A stretch of 63,901 nt of DNA, filler included, from Octopus bimaculoides (GCF_001194135.2; 7 parts of 7 records of this genome joined end to end with filler, not necessarily neighbours in it), one strand, 5' to 3'; shown: positions 53,800 to 63,901, counted from the first letter of the whole stretch. Notes: a model not told the origin generated them from the sequence alone. Numbers and translations are program-made.

Positions 53800-55299
53800 N
53801 NNNNNNNNNNNNNNNNNNNNNNNNNNNNNNNNNNNNNNNNNNNNNNNNNNNNNNNNNNNNNNNNNNNNNNNNNNNNNNNNNNNNNNNNNNNNNNNNNNNN
53901 NNNNNNNNNNNNNNNNNNNNNNNNNNNNNNNNNNNNNNNNNNNNNNNNNNNNNNNNNNNNNNNNNNNNNNNNNNNNNNNNNNNNNNNNNNNNNNNNNNNN
54001 NNNNNNNNNNNNNNNNNNNNNNNNNNNNNNNNNNNNNNNNNNNNNNNNNNNNNNNNNNNNNNNNNNNNNNNNNNNNNNNNNNNNNNNNNNNNNNNNNNNN
54101 NNNNNNNNNNNNNNNNNNNNNNNNNNNNNNNNNNNNNNNNNNNNNNNNNNNNNNNNNNNNNNNNNNNNNNNNNNNNNNNNNNNNNNNNNNNNNNNNNNNN
54201 NNNNNNNNNNNNNNNNNNNNNNNNNNNNNNNNNNNNNNNNNNNNNNNNNNNNNNNNNNNNNNNNNNNNNNNNNNNNNNNNNNNNNNNNNNNNNNNNNNNN
54301 NNNNNNNNNNNNNNNNNNNNNNNNNNNNNNNNNNNNNNNNNNNNNNNNNNNNNNNNNNNNNNNNNNNNNNNNNNNNNNNNNNNNNNNNNNNNNNNNNNNN
54401 NNNNNNNNNNNNNNNNNNNNNNNNNNNNNNNNNNNNNNNNNNNNNNNNNNNNNNNNNNNNNNNNNNNNNNNNNNNNNNNNNNNNNNNNNNNNNNNNNNNN
54501 NNNNNNNNNNNNNNNNNNNNNNNNNNNNNNNNNNNNNNNNNNNNNNNNNNNNNNNNNNNNNNNNNNNNNNNNNNNNNNNNNNNNNNNNNNNNNNNNNNNN
54601 NNNNNNNNNNNNNNNNNNNNNNNNNNNNNNNNNNNNNNNNNNNNNNNNNNNNNNNNNNNNNNNNNNNNNNNNNNNNNNNNNNNNNNNNNNNNNNNNNNNN
54701 NNNNNNNNNNNNNNNNNNNNNNNNNNNNNNNNNNNNNNTAATACACAGATACATATAAATATATATGTATAAGTATCATATATATACATGTGTGTGTATA
54801 TATGATAACCTTAAAGCCAGGAACTTTTCAGTAACCCCTCGTATATACATACATACATACATACAGACATACATATTCTCATTTGTACCTATCCTCATAA
54901 GTGCATTAGGCTATGTGCTAACAAATTTACACAAAAATCTATAAATTCTAAGTGCTTCGAAGAAAGAGTAAAATAAACTGATACGGATTCTCCAAATCTA
55001 AACTATCAATGGCAAAGTGCAGATTTGCAAGACATTCAAAAGATTCCCCATTTGAGATTCTTTAAGTGAATAAAGGTAAACACTTGGGGGTATGCATCGA
55101 TAGTTCAGCCAACGCACCAACTCTCTTAGCTCAAAAAGATTTGTCGCTCTGTTAGCGACCAGTTTGAACTCTCTTAAGAACTTAAATAAAACTCAAAATA
55201 AAAACATACAAGAATATATACATATATACAAGCCTCCAACTTCTATACCCAGATTATAAATTCATGTTTGCACTGATAATAATTAGGGCTCTTTGTTTT

Positions 55300-55445
55300 G
55301 TAAGTAAGTGCCTAATTGATAATCTGGATAAGCTGGGGGGTTTTTTTCCAGAAAAAGAAATCAACCATCTAACACGCACATTACAGATTCAATCTGTAAG
55401 TGGAAAAGTAAAAATATGCAAGACTTTCTCAAGTTTAAAAGTTGA
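55300..55445 (+). mobile_element. 3' end of the RLE family also seen at 5215-5545
   Basis: DNLDKLG..PEKEINHLTRTLQIQSVSGKVKICKTF, with a nucleotide match to the reverse complement of 5225-5262. Confidence 0.6.
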
Positions 55446-55646
55446 ATTATAAAAAAAAGATTAATCTACATTCCTACGACGGAGCTAGATGTCTTTCTTA
55501 GAAACCAGTTCCTTCCTTACGGGAAGATTTCAAATAACTAAAATTAGAAGAAAACATACACACACATATACACGGTAGCTGTCGACTCGTTAAACGACTA
55601 TGACTATCGCTGACAAATTATCATATTATTCTAGATGTTAAAGACA

Positions 55647-55841
55647 ATTTGTTGAGGTCATCTCTACAGATTTTTCTTATAGAAATTAGAGCCAGCACTA
55701 ATTTTGTTACGACATTTTCGTATCTGAGATGTCTGATGTCATAGTTGTTTATATCATGCATCTCGGATACGAAAAGGTCGTAACAAAATCAGTGCTGGCT
55801 ATAATTTCTATAGAAAGTCTGTATAGATGACCTTAACAAAT
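55647..55841. repeat. Inverted repeat / hairpin (85 and 83 bp arms, 27-nt loop)
   Basis: 55647-55731 (atttgttgaggtcatc...tcgtatctgagatg) pairs with 55759-55841, with about 7 substitutions and a 2-nt indel. Confidence 0.93.
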
Positions 55842-56206
55842 GATGTAATAGCACTGCTAACACAGTAGAACACAGTATTGACTTATAAATACGTTTAATA
55901 TACTTTGTAGTGTATTATAGTTGCATAACGAAATACCGTGTCCCTACACGTCATTACATTTAAAGACAATGGTTGTCATCAATGCCCGTGCTGAAAATGA
56001 AAGTCAGTAACATCTTGTATAACACCATTAAAACTTTTAACACAAAGCCAAGTTGTCAAAGCAAGCAACAACAAGATTACCGGCTTCGTAATCAGGTGGG
56101 TGTTATTTCGAAATTTTCTTCTCTAGGCCATTTGCTTGAACGGAAACTTCGGGAATGTTTCCCTCTGGTTTATCGCACTCTGGAGCGTTGCATCCGGTAT
56201 TTCTGT

Positions 56207-57030
56207 GGCGATCATTCGATAGTAGTGCGCCGCTTGTCAACCAGTACCGGCTGATTGTCAACCAGTAGTCAGCTGGTCAACCAACTGGTCAACGTCTTTG
56301 TTTACATCAATTCGGCAATTTCCGTAAAGAAAGAGGGAAAGGGCGTTAGTCAGCAGGTAGCAGACAGCAGACATTCGCTTTCTNNNNNNNNNNNNNNNNN
56401 NNNNNNNNNNNNNNNNNNNNNNNNNNNNNNNNNNNNNNNNNNNNNNNNNNNNNNNNNNNNNNNNNNNNNNNNNNNNNNNNNNNNNNNNNNNNNNNNNNNN
56501 NNNNNNNNNNNNNNNNNNNNNNNNNNNNNNNNNNNNNNNNNNNNNNNNNNNNNNNNNNNNNNNNNNNNNNNNNNNNNNNNNNNNNNNNNNNNNNNNNNNN
56601 NNNNNNNNNNNNNNNNNNNNNNNNNNNNNNNNNNNNNNNNNNNNNNNNNNNNNNNNNNNNNNNNNNNNNNNNNNNNNNNNNNNNNNNNNNNNNNNNNNNN
56701 NNNNNNNNNNNNNNNNNNNNNNNNNNNNNNNNNNNNNNNNNNNNNNNNNNNNNNNNNNNNNNNNNNNNNNNNNNNNNNNNNNNNNNNNNNNNNNNNNNNN
56801 NNNNNNNNNNNNNNNNNNNNNNNNNNNNNNNNNNNNNNNNNNNNNNNNNNNNNNNNAAGCGAGTGTCTGCTGTCTGCTACCTGCTGACTAACGCCCTTTC
56901 CCTCTTTCTTTACGGAAATTGCCGAATTGATGTAAACAAAGACGTTGACCAGCTGGTTGACCAGCTGACAACTGGTTGACAATCAGCCGGTACTGGTTGA
57001 CAAGCAGCGCACTACTATCGAATGATCGCC
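56207..57030. mobile_element. Non-autonomous DNA transposon/MITE with TIRs of at least 174 bp and an 8-bp TSD (Merlin-like; MULE is the alternative)
   Basis: The termini ggcgatcattcgatagtagtgcg / cgcactactatcgaatgatcgcc belong to arms that differ at 4 positions. The direct repeat atttctgt flanks both ends (56199-56206 and 57031-57038). The interior is an N gap (56384-56856). Confidence 0.9.
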
Positions 57031-57666
57031 ATTTCTGTCTTAGTGCAGAAGTGGACATAGAGATACAAAAGAAAGCGCAGGTATTATATCAAAGTTCTCC
57101 TTCTACAAAGATGGATAAACGAAGTCTAGGGATTCACTCACACTCACCTGAATGACCCTACTGAATTCATCCGTCCTTTTGTATGTTTTATTTTTCGTCC
57201 TGTTGGTATCCAAAGATAACATCCCTCCTTAACGAGCAAGCTTGGTAGGATTGTAGGTTTAGTTGCTGACGGCGTAACCATGCAACAGGTTATACTCAAA
57301 TTTGTATGTCTTATGGGTCTCTGGAGGGGTCACAGGATGCATGAGGAAAGATTTCCAGGCCCTGTGCAACTTAAAGATTTGTACGTTCCATACAGAAACC
57401 TACAAAACTTTAAGTTAATTGAGACCGAATCAAACTCTTTTAAATAATAATATAATGTACTGAGTGCCTCTTTCTTTCCTTGGCCCACTCTCCCCTAAAA
57501 CACACACACACACAATAAATGAAAAATGTATGGTAAATAAACAAACGACAACATGGACTGAATGTAAAAACGAACGAGAGACAAACAGAAGGTGGGTAAT
57601 TCTTCATCAGTTATCGACCAATTGGTAATATTCAGTTTCGCACCATTAGATACACACACACACACA

Positions 57667-57698
<32 letters not shown>

Positions 57699-57817
57699 NN
57701 NNNNNNNNNNNNNNNNNNNNNNNNNNNNNNNNNNNNNNNNNNTTAATTAATTAANNNNNNNNNNNNNNNNNNNNNNNNNNNNNNNNNNNNNNNNNNNNTA
57801 TATATATACAATGGTCT

Positions 57818-57965
57818 TCTTTCAGTTTCTGTCTACCATATCCACTCACAAGGCTTTGGTCTGCCCAAGGCTATAGTAGAAGACACTTGCCCAAGGTGCC
57901 ATGCAATGGGACTGAACCCAGAACCATGTGGTTAGGAAGCAAACTTCTTACCACACAGCCACACC
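57818..57965 (-). mobile_element. SINE family B, 5' half
   Basis: cttctttcagtttctgtctaccatatccactcacaaggctttgg...acttgcccaaggtgccatgcaatgggactgaacccagaaccatgtgg...ccacacagccacacctg. Confidence 0.88.
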
Positions 57966-58367
57966 TGTGTCCTTATATATATATATTCATGCCTAATCAT
58001 GAATGTATAAATTGAAGTAAAGTTATTGGAGATGCCTCAATAAACCTCATGAAAAGAAAGCGAAAAAACCTACACAAAGGACAAATGAAGAAACCAGAGC
58101 TTTTTGTGGATGTAAGCTGGAGTGGATGGCGGGGGGGGGGAACTGCATTTAAGGTGTGGGACGTACTTATAACATAACAAACACTACTGCTCTGATTTAT
58201 TTTTGAGACAGTTACAGGTCATCGGATACTGAAGATGTGAGGTAGGGGAGGAGGGACCGCGTCTGTGTTATTTGTCCTGCTAAAACCTCATAATATGCTT
58301 AATTGTAGTTTTTAGATTTGTAACCCTTTCCGAACCAGGTAAGGCTAATCTATAATNNNNNNNNNNC

Positions 58368-58962
58368 TTGCGATACAAGGACAGGCCTCTGCTCCCCTCA
58401 GCCCGGCTGAGATGTTCTTGCCCTGCAAGGTACTTGACAAGACCCCCCCCCCTGCCCCTTGTGAGTACTGGGGTTGTGTAAAAAGCACCACAGTGGCTGT
58501 GGTAAGCAGCAAACAACAAGCAAAAACAAAAAAAAAACATACCTTCTCTCTCTCTCCCTCTCTGTCTCTCTTAACCATAACCCTAACCCTAACACCCTAG
58601 TGAAGATCGTGCGGGTGTTACGTAAAAGGCCAATCTTTGGTAAAGATCGCTGAAGAAACTTTTTACGGAAAAAGCCAATATTTTGGCCTAGTATCGAAAG
58701 ATCGCCGGTTGGCGCTGCTCTAAGGAAGTATGAAGTATGACAGGAGCAAAGATCAACCAGGAGAAGACGAAAGGCCTCCAGTTTGACCCTTGGAGACGCA
58801 GATCCATGCCAACCAACAGCGTTGTAGAGCGCTGGACGGAAGGACTGGTTAAATTGCTTGGGGTCTGGTTTTGGCCCAGACTTCCAGGTGGACAAGAACT
58901 GGGGATAGGTGACGAGCAGGGGTGACCAATCTCATCCTGAAATGGGCAGAGAGGAAGCTGCC
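58368..58962 (+). mobile_element. Decayed Tx1/L1-clade RT remnant
   Basis: TGAKINQEKTKGLQ, then (frameshifted) VKLLGVWFGPDFQVDKNW and VTNLILKWAERKL at 58730-58960. A weaker upstream piece reads LSPAEM..LDKTP. Confidence 0.65.
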
Positions 58963-59076
58963 TTTCATCCATTCAGGGGTCGATAAATTAAGTACCAGTT
59001 GAATACTGGGGTTAATGTAATCGACTAGTCTCCTACCCCAAAATGGCTACCCTTGCGACAAAATCTGAAACCAGTA
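58962..59076 (+). mobile_element. SINE family A, 3' part, ending in (TAT)n
   Basis: ctttcatccattcaggggtcgataaattaagtaccagttgaatactggggttaatgtaatcgactag...gaaaccag, followed by tattattattatt. Confidence 0.85.
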
Positions 59077-59099
59077 TTATTATTATTATTATTATTATT

Positions 59100-60078
59100 G
59101 TTGTTCTGTAGTTTTATATATATAACGTGCTTTCACTTCACTACCGAGCGCAGCTCTGTGTGCCTTGGGTATGTGCTGTGGTTTGCTGTGGTGCTCTTAT
59201 GTTTACTGTATTGAAAGTGTTTTGCGTAGAATGTGTGCAGTACCCAGTAGTGCAATTTTCTGTATGTTATATATATTTGTAAGTCCTGGTGTTTTTGTTA
59301 TGTATTTGTCTGAATATTTTTTTATTATACCTAAGGCACCTACTATGATAGGAATTGTTTCTGTTTTTAGACTCCACATTCGAGTTACCTCTATTTCCAG
59401 GTCTTTGTATTTTGAAAGTTTCTCCATTTCTTTTAGAGAAACGTTGTCATCTGCTGGTATNNNNNNNNNNNNNNNNNNNNNNNNNNNNNNNNNNNNNNNN
59501 NNNNNNNNNNNNNNNNNNNNNNNNNNNNNNNNNNNNNNNNNNNNNNNNNNNNNNNNNNNNNNNNNNNNNNNNNNNNNNNNNNNNNNNNNNNNNNNNNNNN
59601 NNNNNNNNNNNNNNNNNNNNNNNNNNNNNNNNNNNNNNNNNNNNNNNNNNNNNNNNNNNNNNNNNNNNNNNNNNNNNNNNNNNNNNNNNNNNNNNNNNNN
59701 NNNNNNNNNNNNNNNNNNNNNNNNNNNNNNNNNNNNNNNNNNNNNNNNNNNNNNNNNNNNNNNNNNNNNNNNNNNNNNNNNNNNNNNNNNNNNNNNNNNN
59801 NNNNNNNNNNNNNNNNNNNNNNNNNNNNNNNNNNNNNNNNNNNNNNNNNNGCTTCCAGTGTATATAGGTCCCAGCTCTGTCGTGTCTGTGAATATATTCC
59901 TTCTTAGCCAGGACTGGGCAGCCAGAGATAATATGATTTATTGTTTCTTGTCGATCTCCACATATTCTACAGTTACTTGTTATATTTCTTTTCATTATGC
60001 GTTTTTGGTAATTTCTGGTGGGGAGGCTCTGGTCTTGTGCAGCAATTAAAAATCCTTCAGTCTCTGCTTTGAGTCCTA
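59100..60078 (-). mobile_element. Young 5'-truncated R4/Dong-like non-LTR element within (AAT)n
   Basis: GLKAETEGFLIAAQDQSLPTRNY..CRICGDRQETINHIISGCPVLAKKEYIHRHD (CCHC knuckle); after the gap, IPADDNVSLKEMEKLSKYKDLEIEVTRMW..IPIIVGALG..IQKIALLGTAHILRK* (RLE). Then a 3' UTR. Both ends abut (TAT)n tracts (59077-59099 and 60077-60195). Confidence 0.93.
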
Positions 60079-61281
60079 TTATTATTATTGTTATTATTAT
60101 TATTATTATCATTATTATTATTATTATCATTATTATTATTATTAATATTATCATTATCATTATCATTATTATCATTATTATTATTATTATTATTGTTCTA
60201 TGGAGTGTGTGCATCTATTCTTGAGGGTTTATTTAGGTCATACAATTGATATTAAATTGTCAGTCATGTACTTCACAGTGGGAGGTAATAGGGAGGATGA
60301 AAGTAAGAGGGCGGCGGTGGAGGTTGCGATTTCTTTTTGGTGGGGGCAGGAGATGGCAGTGGCAGACCGCGACAGGCCCAACCCCTACCACCGATCCCAA
60401 CCACCTACCCGGGCACTTATAGAAAAGGTAACACAGCAGACTGAATAAAAAGAAGTTTCCAGACGCACAGACAACCTTCAGTAACAATTCACTTTGGGGA
60501 TCATTCAAGTGGAAACAATTTATATCATTGCTCAATGAATCTGAAATAATGAGAAACCCCCCCCCCCGACACCATTGGCATCATCATCATCATAGTCATA
60601 TTAATGAATGTAATGTGTGTGCCTTGGGTTGACAATTAACTTCCAATTTACTGGTTTTATCTACCCTCTGATCAGTGGTGTATATGTGTGTGCATATTCN
60701 NNNNNNNNNNNNNNNNNNNNNNNNNNNNNNNNNNNNNNNNNNNNNNNNNNNNNNNNNNNNNNNNNNNNNNNNNNNNNNNNNNNNNNNNNNNNNNNNNNNN
60801 NNNNNNNNNNNNNNNNNNNNNNNNNNNNNNNNNNNNNNNNNNNNNNNNNNNNNNNNNNNNNNNNNNNNNNNNNNNNNNNNNNNNNNNNNNNNNNNNNNNN
60901 NNNNNNNNNNNNNNNNNNNNNNNNNNNNNNNNNNNNNNNNNNNNNNNNNNNNNNNNNNNNNNNNNNNNNNNNNNNNNNNNNNNNNNNNNNNNNNNNNNNN
61001 NNNNNNNNNNNNNNNNNNNNNNNNNNNNNNNNNNNNNNNNNNNNNNNNNNNNNNNNNNNNNNNNNNNNNNNNNNNNNNNNNNNNNNNNNNNNNNNNNNNN
61101 NNNNNNNNNNNNNNNNNNNNNNNNNNNNNNNNNNNNNNNNNNNNNNNNNNNNNNNNNNNNNNNNNNNNNNNNNNNNNNNNNNNNNNNNNNNNNNNNNNNN
61201 NNNNNNNNNNNNNNNNNNNNNNNNNNNNNNNNNNNNNNNNNNNNNNNNNNNNNNNNNNNNNNNNNNNNNNNNNNNNNNNNN

Positions 61282-61630
61282 GGTGACGCTTTAGATACAA
61301 ATAATTACAGAGGCATCAAGCTGTTAGATCAGGTTATGAAAGTTACGGAGAGGGTCATAGCCCAACTAATTAGGGAGCGAATCAATTTAGATGAGATGCA
61401 GTTTGGGTTCGTGCCAGGTAAAAGCACCACTGATGCCATATTTCTAGTAAGACAGCTGCAGGAGAAATACCTAGCCAAGGATAAACCTCTGTACCTGGCT
61501 TTCGTTGACATGGAGAAAGCCTTTGACAGGGTCCCCCCGATCCCTTATCTGGTGGTCAATGAGGAAACTTGGGATAGAAGAATGGTTAGTGAGAGCTGTG
61601 CGAGCCATGTACAGAGATGCTGCCAGTATA
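61282..61630 (+). mobile_element. RTE-clade reverse transcriptase fragment in a NUP88 intron
   Basis: GDALDTNNYRGIKLL..MKVTERVI..QFGFVPGKSTTDAIFLVRQLQEKY..LYLAFVDMEKAFDRVP, then after a frameshift WWSMRKLGIEEWLVRAVRAMYRDA. Confidence 0.95.
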
Positions 61631-61767
61631 CATACTGGCATATATACATGTATGTGTGTATACATGTACACATATATATATATATCTGTGTAAACATACA
61701 TACATATATATATCTGTGTATACATATATATATCTGTGTGTATACATGCATACATATGCACACACAA

Positions 61768-61799
<32 letters not shown>

Positions 61800-61890
61800 G
61801 TGTGTGTGTATCACAAAAGCCCCTTCACCACTCTTTCTCATTTTTTTGTCTCTCTCTCTCTCTCTTTCTCTCTCTCTGTCTTTCTTGTAG

Positions 61891-62107
61891 GTCATCCAAG
61901 TTTTCATTGTTGACCGGCCCCTTGTTGGTTCATCCACCGGCTGAGGATAATTATGGCACCGATGCTTGTTCTATCCTTTGTCTACAGACCACCCCTCCTG
62001 TTGTTGTTATAGCGACCAATGAAGGCAAGTTACATCACTGTATTGTCCTTAATGAGAAGAGCGGAAAATCTACCATTCCGGACACAGCCAACTCTGATGA
62101 TTCCAGT
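61891..62107 (+). CDS. NUP88: Nucleoporin NUP88, internal coding exon (beta-propeller region)
   Basis: Acceptor tctttcttgtag|g and donor agt|gtaggt; 217 nt (1+72 codons). [47 protein letters not shown] matches the recalled vertebrate NUP88 sequence [47 protein letters not shown]. Confidence 0.93.
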
Positions 62108-62159
62108 GTAGGTATTCTTACCATTCTGTCTCACAAGTTTATCCATTATCTATCTATCC

Positions 62160-62197
<38 letters not shown>

Positions 62198-62202
62198 ATC
62201 TA

Positions 62203-62255
<53 letters not shown>

Positions 62256-62270
62256 GTCTTCTGTCTGTCT

Positions 62271-62303
<33 letters not shown>

Positions 62304-62381
62304 CATCTGTCTATCTATCTATCTATCTATCTATCTTTATCTATCTATCTCTATCTATAGCTATCTGTCTATCTCACTCTT

Positions 62382-62420
<39 letters not shown>

Positions 62421-62439
62421 CATCATCATCTTTACTTGT

Positions 62440-62670
62440 GCCAGTGACATATGAAAGCACCCATGCTGGTGACATGCAAGAGATACCTGTGCTGGTGACA
62501 CATAAAAGTTATCCACTACACTCTTGGAGTGGTTGGCGTTAGGGAAGGCATCCAGCCATAGAAAGAAACCATGCCAAACCCGATTGGAACCCGGTGCAGC
62601 TCTCCAGCTTCACACTTCCGAGCAAATCGTCTAACCCAGCATGGAAAACGGATGTTAAATGATGATGATG
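62440..62670 (+). mobile_element. RTE-associated SINE or LINE 3' UTR ending in (GAT)n
   Basis: cactcttggagtggttggcgttagggaaggcatccagcc...cagcatggaaaacggatgttaaatgatgatgatg. Confidence 0.6.
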
Positions 62671-62949
62671 ATGGTTCATGCTGGTACAATTTGAGAAGAT
62701 CTGGTGATTCTGAGGACTGCATCAACCTTTGGCCTGGTTTCTACAGCTGCACGCTGTTCCTAACAACACTCCCTTTACAAAATATACTGGGGTGGTTTTC
62801 ACATAGCACCAGCCCTAGAGAGGACACTGTGCAACCAGCAAAACTAAAGGTTCCGATTGATTGAGTTGGACTACATTAGACAGGGAAGTGACTTTATGCT
62901 TGGTGACAAGGCATTAGCCCTTTCCTTTCCATATTCCTGTTGAAAAATA

Positions 62950-63075
62950 CTATCGTCCCCTCTGTGAGTCCGGCTTCTCTAGATTGTTTCTCACCACTTT
63001 GTCCCACGTCTTCCTGGGTCTACCCCTTCCACATGTTCCCTCTACAATTAAAGACCAGCACCTCTTGATGCCGCT
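62950..63075 (-). mobile_element. RTE LINE C-terminal fragment
   Basis: IKRCWSLIVEGTCGRGRPRKTWDKVVRNNL contains the GRGRPRKTW motif typical of RTE C-termini. Confidence 0.8.
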
Positions 63076-63127
63076 GAGAGAATAAAACATATTTACTACA
63101 TTTTTCCCATTTATAATTCTGCATTTT

Positions 63128-63158
<31 letters not shown>

Positions 63159-63178
63159 TTTTACTCTTATTTTTGCAG

Positions 63179-63350
63179 TCCTTGCTTGACCTCCCAGAAT
63201 GCAACAGCGCTCTCTCCACGGACCTCTATGATCAGAGTTGTCTGTATGTCTACGAGAGCGTAGAACTGGAGTTGTCTCTTCAGAGCCACTCCTTGAGAAG
63301 AAATATTCCTATTGAAGACGTCTTCACTTGCCCCATTCATCTTGTGAAAG
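63179..63350 (+). CDS. NUP88: Nucleoporin NUP88, next coding exon
   Basis: Acceptor ttattttt gcag|TCC (phase 0, matching the previous donor) and donor AAA G|gtaaga; 172 nt. CLYVYESVELELSL...FTCPIHLVK matches the recalled NUP88 sequence SLYVFECVELELAL...FSCPVKLHRD. Confidence 0.93.
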
Positions 63351-63804
63351 GTAAGAAGCTCCACAGTTGTTTATTGATCATTTGGCACCTTATTTCCATG
63401 CTGACATGAGGGAGATGGTTTGGATCTTTCTGAATTGATGGGCACCACTTTTCATTTATGTTTTATGTAGTGTTTTTGGTACCGAAACACTTTCAAACTT
63501 CGTATACTTGTACATTTTGTGTTATAGAACAGATAAAATTTTTTGTATTTGAAGTTATTTCATGTAAAAAAAAATTGTCGTATTTCGGTAATTTTAACCA
63601 ATCACTGACGTCTATTGAAGTGAAAACAATTACTGCTGTGGTTTGTCAACAAGACGTTCTGGCGGTGTAATGGGATCTTTTCCCTTGAATAAAATTAGCT
63701 CCGTTGCTTGTCAACAACAACTATCGATGGTACTGTTATTTATGACACCGTTCGTGCATTTGTACTGGTTTTAGCTTTAGGGTTTTAGGGTTATGATTAT
63801 TAAG

Positions 63805-63892
63805 ACATTTGCCCAAGGTGCCACGCAGTGGGACTGAACCCGAAACCATGTGGTTGGTAAGCAAGCTACTTACCACACAGCCACTCCTGCGC
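63805..63892 (-). mobile_element. SINE family B head (tRNA-like region)
   Basis: gacatttgcccaaggtgccacgcagtgggactgaacccgaaaccatgtggttggtaagcaagctacttaccacacagccactcctgcgcc. Confidence 0.9.
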
Positions 63893-63901
63893 CTCTGTTA
63901 A

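Noticed and set aside
56127-57080. Removing the MITE restores an open 122-nt plus-strand segment (HLLERKLRECFPLVYRTLERCIRYFCLSAEVDIEIQKKAQ) between an AG and a GT
   Set aside because: I recognise no similarity to NUP88 or any other protein. The donor (gtatta) is weak, and 40 open codons is common by chance.
58308-58330. 23-nt plus-strand micro-exon candidate (tttttag|...accag|gtaagg) ending in phase 2, matching the NUP88 acceptor
   Set aside because: The peptide ICNPFRT does not resemble the expected NUP88 sequence, and it is too short to distinguish from chance.
58577-58600. Telomere-like taaccctaaccc (and ttagggttttagggtt at 63777)
   Set aside because: There are only 2-3 imperfect units, too short to call an interstitial telomere.
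3563-61300. Dozens of long ORFs in the track (YIYI, ERER, HTHT, CVCV, poly-X)
   Set aside because: They are translations of dinucleotide microsatellites and N gaps, with no codon or splice support.

Overview
Gappy (about 10 kb of N), AT- and microsatellite-rich animal genomic DNA. The SINE families and microsatellite density point to an octopus (inference; no database was searched). I can support host-gene coding sequence at two loci. (1) Two plus-strand exons of the nucleoporin NUP88 lie at the right end (61891-62107 and 63179-63350); their splice sites and phases are mutually consistent. (2) One minus-strand 1068-nt phase 0-0 exon (48570-49637) encodes 356 aa made mostly of about 22-25 [A/G]AQNV[A/V]Q(3-5) repeats, from a gene I cannot name. 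The rest is mostly transposon debris: two R4/Dong-like RLE LINEs, a second RLE family, L2/CR1, RTE and Tx1 LINE fragments, Tigger/pogo and mariner fossils, and many copies of two tRNA-type SINE families. There is also a young long-TIR element with an 8-bp TSD (56207-57030), two long hairpins and several minisatellites. Most ORFs in the supplied track are artefacts of microsatellites and N gaps. The best leads are the Q-rich repeat protein, the repeated tail-to-tail pairing of Dong-like LINEs with one SINE family through a shared (TAT)n tract, the Merlin-like MITE, and the absence of recognisable 5' NUP88 exons in 60 kb upstream. I found nothing that I can claim with confidence is a new biological system. 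Protein-family assignments come from recalled motifs and need HMM/BLAST confirmation. Repeat boundaries are approximate (about +/-20 nt) unless a TSD or splice site is quoted.
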